Virus record (IMG/VR): IMGVR_UViG_2029527006_000005
Direction: 5' to 3' (one strand)
Length of the DNA stretch: 64,000 nucleotides
Source of the DNA: a virus
Lineage: Duplodnaviria > Heunggongvirae > Uroviricota > Caudoviricetes
In this document: one piece after another, positions 40,910 to 49,166 of the stretch
How the letters are laid out: each line of letters opens with the position of its first letter
How positions within the stretch are numbered: the stretch's first letter is position 1
Made by a program: the position numbers and the translations under genes
The notes under the pieces: generated by a model
Database searches by the model: none
The model's input: the letters and a program-made list of their open reading frames with translations, nothing else
Told to the model about the DNA's origin: nothing

Positions 40910-41371
40910 CACTGGTAGTCATACCAATCTGAATTTGTAGATTTTACTCAAATTCCAGACGGATCAATCCATTTGGAATAAAAGTAATCGCTGGCGGGTT
41001 GTCCGGTTTCCAGCTACTACAGTCGCATACAACGGTCGTGTTCCTCACACGCATACAGTACTTGCTAATTCAGCAACAAATACTGCTGTCTCTCCGTAAA
41101 GAGACTCCCTTTCAACTAGGTGAGTATGCCTCATATGTCTATCTAGGGCGTTTATGTTTTCTTACACGCCTTTATTGTGCCGCATTGCCGTGTCGCGTGT
41201 GATTTACTGTCCATTGGATTGACTACACTTACGCTTTATTACTGACGGGTTTCTTTTGCACATCGTACTGAACGAACTACTCATCTGCCATCTACTTTTC
41301 GATAGGATCAGGTTTCAATCTTCATGCTTTCACATGTCATTCAGGATTGGTATGACGAGGGTATCCCTCAT
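40887..41371 (-). ncRNA. Candidate ~480-nt structured non-coding RNA
   Basis: Own promoter and U8 terminator; 17-bp 5'/3' end pairing; many hairpins; no credible ORF; GC higher than flanks. Confidence 0.75.
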
Positions 41372-41376
41372 CATAT

Positions 41377-41405
41377 ATTATATCACAAAAAAACCCTTTT
41401 GTCCC
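41377..41405 (-). promoter_or_regulatory. GGGACA-N17-TATAAT promoter (copy 5), drives ncRNA
   Basis: GGGACA aaagggttttttTGTGa TATAAT. Confidence 0.8.
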
Positions 41406-41408
41406 AAC

Positions 41409-41798
41409 TTAAAGATAGGTACGCTTCAATTCAGTAGGTGAACGATCAAAGATTGCGTCAATAAATGCAATGTCCTCAAGGAGTTCAGTACTATCCTCTT
41501 TTCTACGCGAAGTTTTTTTGTACGGATTATTTATACCTGAAAAAATCACCTTCACCGGGGAGTCGGTATCAATCTCATTATCAATGAGAGTACAAGTATA
41601 AGAGAGCTTTAAGTACTTCTTATTCTCTTCTAGTGCTAAACGAGCTACTAATTCTTCTATACCAGTTAAATGTGAAATGCTATCAGATTCTTTCAAAAAG
41701 GTAATGGTGCACATAATACTTTTAGTATCGTACATATCAGTTACGTTCTTAACAGCACTAACACATTCTAGTCCAGAAAAATCAATATCTTGAATCAT
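41409..41798 (-). CDS. Hypothetical protein
   Basis: ATGA-coupled ORF. Confidence 0.55.
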   Translation of the reverse strand: MIQDIDFSGLECVSAVKNVTDMYDTKSIMCTITFLKESDSISHLTGIEELVARLALEENKKYLKLSYTCTLIDNEIDTDSPVKVIFSGINNPYKKTSRRKEDSTELLEDIAFIDAIFDRSPTELKRTYL

Positions 41799-42148
41799 CT
41801 AGTTCCCCATTTAATTACAGTAGTAGTTACTTGTTCTTCCCAAACATCAACAATATCGCAATCCACACCCTCTTTATCATAATAGAAGGGGGTAAGCATC
41901 TGTGACTCGGTAAGCCCTTGTTCATAACGAGTATGATACCCTTCTCCGGTCTCGGTGTCAATAAAAACTAGATCGTGAACACTGTTCCAGCGGGTGGTAT
42001 CTACCTGCTCATTGTGAAGTACTTCTAGTACTAAATCATCATCAAAAGCACCCATACTCTCGTTCCATTTCTGACCATAGAATGTAACTTTACCATATGA
42101 GTGTGCAAGACGTTCCATAACGTCTTGTGGGAATCGTTTTGTCTTCAT
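41795..42148 (-). CDS. Hypothetical phage protein
   Basis: RW...Y..GLTESQ pattern; GGAG RBS. Confidence 0.65.
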   Translation of the reverse strand: MKTKRFPQDVMERLAHSYGKVTFYGQKWNESMGAFDDDLVLEVLHNEQVDTTRWNSVHDLVFIDTETGEGYHTRYEQGLTESQMLTPFYYDKEGVDCDIVDVWEEQVTTTVIKWGTR

Positions 42149-42201
42149 AATTTCTCCATAAAAAAAGGGAAACCCGTTTGGATTTCCCTTATTGTATTTT
42201 A

Positions 42202-42843
42202 TTATGCCTGTTCTGTCAACACTTTTTTCAATGCTTTGTTATGACGATTATAAGCCCCTACATGAGCCGCACAGAGGCCGCTGAGGTAATCGGCTACCTT
42301 GGCTTCACGCATCTCATTGCGGTGCTTCACGATGGCCTTGTACTCTTCCGTACCCTCTTCACGCTTACGCAAACGATAATGATGTAGAGATGTAGCACGA
42401 CTAGTAATCAAAGACTGACCATGCTCTTTGTAGCGAGCCAAGAAATCTTCAAGGTTTGGATAGCGAGATCCACGTAGCTGATTACACTTTCTGCACATAG
42501 TGTTGAAGTTTGATTCAACATCGGGACCACCTTGGGATTTAAGAATGTTGTGGTCAACGGTCATTAGTTGCCAAAATTCACCCCAAGTAGTTTCTGCACG
42601 TCCATAAACGTTTAAGTGCATCATACCAAAGATAGCATGAGTACCTTTACCTTCTTCTAAACGTACTTCATGAGATTCGATCCCGCAGCAAATACATTTA
42701 CTATTCTTCAAGAAAGTTGCAACTTTCTCTGGGAAGTAGTTAAACTTCACACCATCAACTTCTGCACTTGTCATCGGACCAGAAGTTTTTAACGTTTTCA
42801 GAACATCTAATGGTAGTACTTTATTGACTTTATAACCCAGCAT
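42202..42843 (-). CDS. HNH endonuclease-domain protein
   Basis: CICCG ... TVDHNILKSQGG..N..TMCRKCNQLRG. Confidence 0.8.
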   Translation of the reverse strand: MLGYKVNKVLPLDVLKTLKTSGPMTSAEVDGVKFNYFPEKVATFLKNSKCICCGIESHEVRLEEGKGTHAIFGMMHLNVYGRAETTWGEFWQLMTVDHNILKSQGGPDVESNFNTMCRKCNQLRGSRYPNLEDFLARYKEHGQSLITSRATSLHHYRLRKREEGTEEYKAIVKHRNEMREAKVADYLSGLCAAHVGAYNRHNKALKKVLTEQA

Positions 42844-42854
42844 AATAAAACCTC

Positions 42855-43193
42855 TTATTTGGTTTGTATTTTTTGTGTCTCTTGAAGTTTACGGATAGTG
42901 TCTACCAGTGAATCATGTGTCACTGCACAATCGGTGTAAATATCATCCCATTTGACGAGTACTCTCATCGTTTCCTTACCATCATACAACTGTTGCCCGT
43001 TTTCGTCAAGCATTATATTGCCTTTTTCGTCACGTGCTGGTACTTCTGGTAATGGCGTATCTTTCGTACATTTTTTGAGTAATGACTCCTGTACGATAAT
43101 TGGCTTAACATCACCTTTGACGGTTTTTGCACAACCTGATAGAGACAATACTATCATAACGCAGCAAGCAATTGCAAGTAAAAATTTACGCAT
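42855..43193 (-). CDS. o-spanin (Rz1-like lipoprotein)
   Basis: Lipobox LSGC, extra Cys residues, Pro-containing; coupled to i-spanin. Confidence 0.75.
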   Translation of the reverse strand: MRKFLLAIACCVMIVLSLSGCAKTVKGDVKPIIVQESLLKKCTKDTPLPEVPARDEKGNIMLDENGQQLYDGKETMRVLVKWDDIYTDCAVTHDSLVDTIRKLQETQKIQTK

Positions 43194-43546
43194 TAGTTAG
43201 TTCTCCGTTTATTAGATTCTTCCTTGAGCTTCTTAAGAGCGTCAACACCTTCTTGGTCGAGTGATGGGTTTTTGTAAACCTTCTTCTCTACAATGATGGG
43301 AATCTCTTTCTCAATAATTTGAGCCTTACTTTGTTTAATAAGTTCTTTAGTATCTTCTAAGTTCTTAGCACCTTGTGCCTGAATATCAGATAGACCCTTA
43401 TCAAACATCTTCTCAATTTTGGCTTCTAGGTTGTCTTTGTACCCATGATATACTTCATTCGATTTCCAACCACCCAAGAAAGCCCCAATAACAAAAACTA
43501 GTATTGCTAATGGCTTCCAAAATTTCTGTATGAATGCAAAATTCAT
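43193..43546 (-). CDS. i-spanin (Rz-like)
   Basis: N-terminal TM, coiled coil, IIEKEIPIIVEKKVYKN; late box upstream. Confidence 0.75.
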   Translation of the reverse strand: MNFAFIQKFWKPLAILVFVIGAFLGGWKSNEVYHGYKDNLEAKIEKMFDKGLSDIQAQGAKNLEDTKELIKQSKAQIIEKEIPIIVEKKVYKNPSLDQEGVDALKKLKEESNKRRTN

Positions 43547-43589
43547 ATATCCTCCTTTGTTTAACTACAATTATTTAGGAGGTACAAAT

Positions 43590-43613
43590 AAAAAACCCAG
43601 CACATGGCTGGGT
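43590..43613 (-). terminator. Intrinsic terminator
   Basis: ACCCAGC-CATGT-GCTGGGT-T-run. Confidence 0.8.
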
Positions 43614-43619
43614 TAATTT

Positions 43620-44042
43620 TTATTTACGATCTAGTATCTCACCAAGGGTGGTATCTGGATGTTCTTCTAAACTGATATCAACACCGATAATTTCTTCGAA
43701 GGTGATAATAATTTCAGCCATATCGAGTGAATCAATGTTTTCTAGTTCAGTGATATCATGAATGGTAAAACTGCGAGTTAGATAAATCTTACTACCGTGT
43801 GCGTTTGAAACTACCTCTGACATTTTCTCAAGATAGTACTCTTCAGGTGTAGGAGGTGGTTGTGGTGCAACCATTGGAGCTTTACTTGCAATTTCCGCAT
43901 TGGTAATTTCATTTACAGTGATTTGCTTCATGTACTGAGTAGCTTCCTGTACTTTATGAAGAATAGCATAACGTTCCGCAGTATCTTCAGTACCGAAGTA
44001 ATGCTCCATTAGTAGATCAATAATCTCATTTAGACTTGGCAT
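43620..44042 (-). CDS. Protein with C-terminal acyl-carrier-protein-like domain
   Basis: IDSLDMAEIIITFEEIIGVDI...TLGEI, with the phosphopantetheine-attachment Ser. Confidence 0.7.
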   Translation of the reverse strand: MPSLNEIIDLLMEHYFGTEDTAERYAILHKVQEATQYMKQITVNEITNAEIASKAPMVAPQPPPTPEEYYLEKMSEVVSNAHGSKIYLTRSFTIHDITELENIDSLDMAEIIITFEEIIGVDISLEEHPDTTLGEILDRK

Positions 44043-44613
44043 TTTTAATCCTATCTTTGAATCCCGCAGTTACGCGAATTAGTATTCGTTGACATTCACC
44101 TTCCATAATCGGACAGCTATGCAACACCTTGCTAGTGTACTTGTGTACCCAATTGATAGCAGCATTATACTCAACAAATTCATTCTTTGCAAGCACTTCT
44201 TGCACTGATTTACATCCAGTAATATCCATTGGCTCTAGTATGAATTTTGTACCGATAACTGTACTGTAAATGAGATGCGTTTCTGGATCGAAATCATCCC
44301 ATATGTCATTACAACAGTCAAGGTGGTATCCGTAGATACCACTACCTGAATCACCTTCATTTAATGAACGTACTTTATAATCAATTACCATTTCACGATT
44401 ATCATACTGTTTCATTGCTTTCATCATATCTTCAATTAGTGGTTTCAATGATGGATCACACATTTGAAGTACTTTTGAAGGTTTTTCATACTTGAGTACT
44501 AAATCAGGGATAGTATGTTTTGGTGGCTCATAACTAAACAAGTAACAGTCTATACTACCCACGGGGTTTAAATTAGTATCCAACTTCAAAATTCTGAATA
44601 GTAACTTGACCAT
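44026..44613 (-). CDS. 2OG-Fe(II) dioxygenase-fold protein
   Basis: YHLDC (HxD), distal H (VLHSCP), C-terminal R.LIRV; start uncertain. Confidence 0.55.
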   Translation of the reverse strand: MVKLLFRILKLDTNLNPVGSIDCYLFSYEPPKHTIPDLVLKYEKPSKVLQMCDPSLKPLIEDMMKAMKQYDNREMVIDYKVRSLNEGDSGSGIYGYHLDCCNDIWDDFDPETHLIYSTVIGTKFILEPMDITGCKSVQEVLAKNEFVEYNAAINWVHKYTSKVLHSCPIMEGECQRILIRVTAGFKDRIKNAKSK

Positions 44614-45052
44614 CTTTGGTCGCGATAACCAACCAATCAGTACCTAGTGCTTCTGACATTGAATACACTGGAACATCTAGTTCGATATCATTACATTCAC
44701 TTTTAGTTAGACCAGCATTAATTGCTGCGTACTTTTCACTAGGATTATCATTATCAATATCCCAACCTAGATAGCATTCTAGGAAATCTCCCAATTCACT
44801 CCAACCTTCTAGATCGTTGTGAATATATACTTGAGTAGTGTGAGTACATTCTTCACCATCATTCCAACCGGGAGTATAACCAGTTACATAAATGTGGGTT
44901 AGTTTGGGATACTTTGCGAATACTTCTGGGAAGTACTGTTCAAGTAGTTGAACACCTTTTTCACGTGCAGATTCTTTTAAGATCTCAATTTGTGCGTCAC
45001 GACGAACACCAATTTCTTTTAGTTCTTTATCGATATTAATAGCCACACTCAT
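44573..45052 (-). CDS. Hypothetical protein (YTPxxNDG family, copy 2)
   Basis: GYTPGWNDGEECTH; GTDW; C-terminal GY. Confidence 0.7.
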   Translation of the reverse strand: MSVAINIDKELKEIGVRRDAQIEILKESAREKGVQLLEQYFPEVFAKYPKLTHIYVTGYTPGWNDGEECTHTTQVYIHNDLEGWSELGDFLECYLGWDIDNDNPSEKYAAINAGLTKSECNDIELDVPVYSMSEALGTDWLVIATKDGQVTIQNFEVGY

Positions 45053-45479
45053 AATCTCCATCTTGGATTGAAATAGTACCGTCTACTTCACGTTTAGCAA
45101 AAACGTACCAATCAGTACCGTTTTGTTCTTCTAGTAGACCTTCAATGCCATCAATTGCATCTTCAATTTCGCGGCGTTGTTGGTTTGAGATGTTCGCGTT
45201 GATTTCACGTTCTTCAATCTCTTCTTCATCTGCATCATCTTCAAGGTATTCTTCAACGAAATCCATGATTTCACCACTTTCAATTGCTACGTGTTGAATA
45301 TGATAGCATGGATCACCGTCATTGAAACTAGGTGTATAAGCATATACAAAGACCATATCTAGGTCTTCATATTGTGCAAAGATATCTTCAAAGAAGGATT
45401 TTACCATTTCAGCCCCATGCTTCTCTACTAAATCTTTTGCTGATGCAATGTGCATACGATAATCTTGAATATAGCTCAT
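45036..45479 (-). CDS. Hypothetical protein (YTPxxNDG family, copy 1)
   Basis: AYTPSFNDGDPCYH; GTDW; C-terminal GY. Confidence 0.7.
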   Translation of the reverse strand: MSYIQDYRMHIASAKDLVEKHGAEMVKSFFEDIFAQYEDLDMVFVYAYTPSFNDGDPCYHIQHVAIESGEIMDFVEEYLEDDADEEEIEEREINANISNQQRREIEDAIDGIEGLLEEQNGTDWYVFAKREVDGTISIQDGDYECGY

Positions 45480-45487
45480 TTTAGATC

Positions 45488-46732
45488 TCACTTTTTGTTG
45501 TACCAATACATTTCATATAATTCTTCCATCACTTTTGCTGCAACCTTAATATCAGGCTTTTTGCGAAGTTGTGAGGACTTGACTAGTACTTCACGAATAT
45601 AAACCTCTTTATCGTTAAAGTACTGCATCATTTCTTCATAGGACCATGCACCATTTCGGATAGCTAATAACTCTGCTGCATCTGGTCTACGAACGTTAAC
45701 AACACCAGTAGTTAATGCTTCTTCGGCGGTGCGTAGAAGACGTACTACATGCATTGCATGTTTCGTATCATATCCATTTTTGGATTCAAGTTCCGAACGT
45801 TTTGCGTTGCGGTTCTTTTTCCAATCATGGTAGTGCTTACGGTTTTCGTTGTTCTCTTCAAACTCTTTACGATTGAATTTAACAATAAGTGCAGGAGTAA
45901 CTTTTAATTCCTCTGGAGTACGTTCTTTCTTACTATCCCATAAGAGGTTACCTAGACCCATTAGAGTCTTACTGCCTTCTTTTTCTACTACTGCAAAAAT
46001 ATCACTTCCGTAATGGATTAGTTCGTAATCATAATTGTAATGAGTAAGACTAAAATCACGATCAAGTACTTTCTCTGGTAGATAGTTGTGAACTAAACGG
46101 ACGAAGTGATGTTGTGCTAGTGGTACGGTACTGATAAGCTGCAACGAAGTATCACGCATGAATTTATCAAAATCAATGATAGTTTTGATATACATACCTT
46201 TACCTTTCGATGTATCAATACGATCAATTACGTAATCTGGGAAGTAATCATACATCCAATCAATAACTTGCTGGCAAGGATATTGGCTCCAGATTTCACG
46301 CAAACGCCGTTCTGCAATTTGCTCTTTCGCCATCCAACCGTGATGGTTTTTCATGCGAGTAGCTTGGTTGTGTGCATAGCCAGTGTAAGTATAAGCAATC
46401 TTAGTACTCAAGAGGTCATCTCGATAAGAACGTAAGTGATCGTACATTTCAGTACGTTGCACGATATCTTTATCGTCAACCCATAGAGTTTCTAGAATGT
46501 TTGGGTTAGCATCAACGCATAGTTCCATGAAGTGATTCAACTCAAAGAATTTGGTATCTTCTTCGGTTACATCATTTACTTCCCGGACGTTGAAGAAAGG
46601 GGTTAGTACAAATTTCTTTTCGGCTAGAAAGATACCTCGAAAGTCAACATCACTTTCTGGTGTACTTGTGCCATATGCATGTGAGCCAGCATAGTGCTTA
46701 ACTATCTGGCCTTTTAGGTGGTCATCGCTCAT
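45488..46732 (-). CDS. Pol-beta-superfamily nucleotidyltransferase (YcgL/RlaP-like)
   Basis: GSHAYGTSTPESDVDFRG, NPNILETL, YDTKHAMHVVRLL, LLAIRNG. Confidence 0.85.
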   Translation of the reverse strand: MSDDHLKGQIVKHYAGSHAYGTSTPESDVDFRGIFLAEKKFVLTPFFNVREVNDVTEEDTKFFELNHFMELCVDANPNILETLWVDDKDIVQRTEMYDHLRSYRDDLLSTKIAYTYTGYAHNQATRMKNHHGWMAKEQIAERRLREIWSQYPCQQVIDWMYDYFPDYVIDRIDTSKGKGMYIKTIIDFDKFMRDTSLQLISTVPLAQHHFVRLVHNYLPEKVLDRDFSLTHYNYDYELIHYGSDIFAVVEKEGSKTLMGLGNLLWDSKKERTPEELKVTPALIVKFNRKEFEENNENRKHYHDWKKNRNAKRSELESKNGYDTKHAMHVVRLLRTAEEALTTGVVNVRRPDAAELLAIRNGAWSYEEMMQYFNDKEVYIREVLVKSSQLRKKPDIKVAAKVMEELYEMYWYNKK

Positions 46733-47118
46733 AAAAATATAGTCATCCTATCTAAGAAACCGTTATAGTACTTCAAAAAATCCATCCGTAAAGCGTGGTA
46801 TTCATCATAGGTAAATCCTAAGTCCAATACTGTACTTTCTTGGAAGAAATTATCTTCAGTACTTAAATCGATTATATTGTATTGACTTCCTTTATTGGAA
46901 ATTTTGGTAAAATCTGTTCCATCTTCTGTGATTTCAACGAAGAAGAAATCCCCGTTAATATCCTTTGGACAAACGAAATTCAACGAACTGCGTTCAGTTC
47001 CACAGTACTCAAACTGTAGAATGTTATTGTCATTAAGGCTATAGAAAGTATCTTCGTCTAATATCTTATCACATTCCTTTATGGTTCTGATTAGTTTATA
47101 TACATCATTCTGAGTCAT
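46729..47118 (-). CDS. Hypothetical protein, FFQ-motif family
   Basis: IDLSTEDNFFQESTV. Confidence 0.6.
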   Translation of the reverse strand: MTQNDVYKLIRTIKECDKILDEDTFYSLNDNNILQFEYCGTERSSLNFVCPKDINGDFFFVEITEDGTDFTKISNKGSQYNIIDLSTEDNFFQESTVLDLGFTYDEYHALRMDFLKYYNGFLDRMTIFL

Positions 47119-47413
47119 TTAGCATCTCGACAATGGTATTAAAAACTTCAATTATAACATCACCGTGACAAACGAGAGGTGCACAAGAACACCCGATTCG
47201 TAAACCGGATAGTTCTAAAAAGTCTTCAATTTCGAATTCACCACTCTCTAGGCCATCGTAAAGGTACTGTCGGTACATTTCGACAACATATTGCCGGGTA
47301 TGTCCTTTAGATTTATCTTCTGGGAAAGGGTTGCCCCATTTGCTTCCCCTACCGATATAAACGTCAAACTCACCTTTATGGCGGTTGACGAGTACTGGAG
47401 TTATGTACTTCAT
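47105..47413 (-). CDS. DUF4326 family protein
   Basis: VYIGRGSKWGNPF, GCSCAPLVCHGDVI. Confidence 0.88.
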   Translation of the reverse strand: MKYITPVLVNRHKGEFDVYIGRGSKWGNPFPEDKSKGHTRQYVVEMYRQYLYDGLESGEFEIEDFLELSGLRIGCSCAPLVCHGDVIIEVFNTIVEMLNDSE

Positions 47414-47907
47414 GGGAACTCCCTTGTGTATTTTTTCTCGTATTCAGCAATTTTTGCTCTGGACTCAATATTAAAGTCAATTTGAGCAGAATTTTCTTTC
47501 TTGGTTTTAATTGCATTGTATACGCTTAGGAACACTTTAGCATTTAATTCATCACTTGTCAAGGTGTATTTTGAATCAATTTGGACTTCATCTTTGTGAT
47601 GATTCAATCTAAATTTATCAAAATTATCAGTCATAATGATAAACTCCAAACCAATAGTATCTATATTGACTAAGAATTTATTATAATCTGTTGAGTACCG
47701 TTGATAGTACTTCAAACCTCTTTTGTACATTCCGTGCAATATTGGGTGTACTTTGGCGATACCATACTTTGCTTCAATAATACGCTGACGTGCATAGTCA
47801 GAACCAGATTTGTGTTCTTGAACGTACTTATAAAGTGCTTTACTTTTAGCAATTACTAATCCGTAAAAGAACGGATCATATTCGTGCTTATGAATCTTTT
47901 TGAACAT
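47410..47907 (-). CDS. Hypothetical protein
   Basis: Coupled ORF. Confidence 0.6.
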   Translation of the reverse strand: MFKKIHKHEYDPFFYGLVIAKSKALYKYVQEHKSGSDYARQRIIEAKYGIAKVHPILHGMYKRGLKYYQRYSTDYNKFLVNIDTIGLEFIIMTDNFDKFRLNHHKDEVQIDSKYTLTSDELNAKVFLSVYNAIKTKKENSAQIDFNIESRAKIAEYEKKYTREFP

Positions 47908-48517
47908 TATAAGTCTCCCGTATTTGACGTTTGATTGCCAATTTACGTTGTGCTTCCTCCCATGCTTCTTTATTCTTTTCGATAATATCTACACCCCTAA
48001 TAGTAGTGTAAATTAATAAAGCATGTTGTGGAGCTTCGTTGAGAACCATAATAGTACTACCAGCTTCACTTATAAGAGTGATTTCTCTTGATGTTACTTT
48101 AAACACAAAGTTGTTTTTTGTGTCAATAAGAGAGTATTCCTTTCCACTAGGAGTAATTGGTGGCTTTAATTTCTTGTGTTCAAATGCTTCACTGATAGTA
48201 TTAGCAACGCCATATTCGATTGCAGTACTAGAACCACTAGAACCTATCCATCCACCATAAAGCCGATGTGGTGGGAGAATTTCGCGAACACGAAGGAATG
48301 TTCCTTGGTATAATTCAAAAACATCCCCTTTAATTAGTGAATCAAAGATGTTCTTACATTCAAGTGGCATAGAAGCATACCAGTACTTGATGTTCATTGC
48401 CATGTTACGAATGTCATCGTTGTTTTCTCTTTCCCCATCGTACTCAAAAATCTTTTTCACGATAAACGGGTTATCAGAGTACATCATATTTGGCAGTACT
48501 GATAGAACTGATTCCAT
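47888..48517 (-). CDS. Hypothetical protein
   Basis: Coupled ORF. Confidence 0.6.
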   Translation of the reverse strand: MESVLSVLPNMMYSDNPFIVKKIFEYDGERENNDDIRNMAMNIKYWYASMPLECKNIFDSLIKGDVFELYQGTFLRVREILPPHRLYGGWIGSSGSSTAIEYGVANTISEAFEHKKLKPPITPSGKEYSLIDTKNNFVFKVTSREITLISEAGSTIMVLNEAPQHALLIYTTIRGVDIIEKNKEAWEEAQRKLAIKRQIRETYNVQKDS

Positions 48518-49092
48518 TAATACATTCCTCTTAGTTTATCTGAATTTTTGATAACCAACTGTTGTCTTTTTAGTTCTTCTAAGTTCTCTAGCATTTTTTT
48601 GTGCGTAGTGACAATCTTAGCAACAATTAGGCGTTCGTTGTCATTAAACATTTCACACTGAGTGCCAAAGTACAATTTAACGTACTTAGGATCATACTTT
48701 GACCATTTTACACGTTCTTTGTCATACATAGAACCACGATCGATACCACGGCTGTGGTTGAATAGTGTGAAAGATACATCATTTTTCTTATCAATGAAAT
48801 GATAACGGCGGTCATCAAAGTTCGGGGTAAATTCCCAATTATCGGGGTTTTGTACCATATCCAAAACCATTTTGTACGTATGTGGACAGTTACTTAGCCT
48901 GTACTTTACGTGTATTAGTAACTTACGACCGCTGTCTCCCCATTCGGATACGAAGTTCTTTAATAGGAATGGGCTTTTCAAAAGCATAAGAGTGTATAGT
49001 GAGCACTCAATGCTTTCATCCACATTTTCCAATTGAATCTCTTTTCTCTTCGCCCGTTCAGGGGGAATAATATTCAAGACTGGTTCTGTCAT
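48517..49092 (-). CDS. Hypothetical early protein
   Basis: GGAGGA RBS before MTEPVL; first gene after a consensus sigma70 promoter. Confidence 0.65.
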   Translation of the reverse strand: MTEPVLNIIPPERAKRKEIQLENVDESIECSLYTLMLLKSPFLLKNFVSEWGDSGRKLLIHVKYRLSNCPHTYKMVLDMVQNPDNWEFTPNFDDRRYHFIDKKNDVSFTLFNHSRGIDRGSMYDKERVKWSKYDPKYVKLYFGTQCEMFNDNERLIVAKIVTTHKKMLENLEELKRQQLVIKNSDKLRGMY

Positions 49093-49120
49093 ACATCCTC
49101 CAAAATCAACAAGTGCAGGT

Positions 49121-49149
49121 ATTATAGATGAAAAAAAAGAGGCTGTCAA
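49121..49149 (-). promoter_or_regulatory. Consensus sigma70 (early) promoter
   Basis: TTGACA-N17-TATAAT exactly. Confidence 0.85.
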
Positions 49150-49160
49150 TAGACAACCTC
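49131..49160 (-). terminator. Terminator of fibre operon, overlapping the early promoter
   Basis: GAGGTTGTC-TATT-GACAGCCTC-T8. Confidence 0.85.
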
Positions 49161-49166
49161 AATAAA

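Noticed and set aside
40887-41371. tmRNA, RNase P RNA or CRISPR array as identity of the long intergenic region
   Set aside because: No GGGG 5' end, G3.U70 pair or T-loop; no GAGGAAAGUCC; no regularly spaced direct repeats.
40665-41441. Short + strand ORFs 40665-40856, 40999-41202 and 41256-41441
   Set aside because: Opposite to local transcription, atypical composition, no RBS; better explained by RNA structure.
42202-42843. HNH gene as a mobile homing element
   Set aside because: Free-standing with no intron, intein or flanking repeats visible; mobility unsupported.
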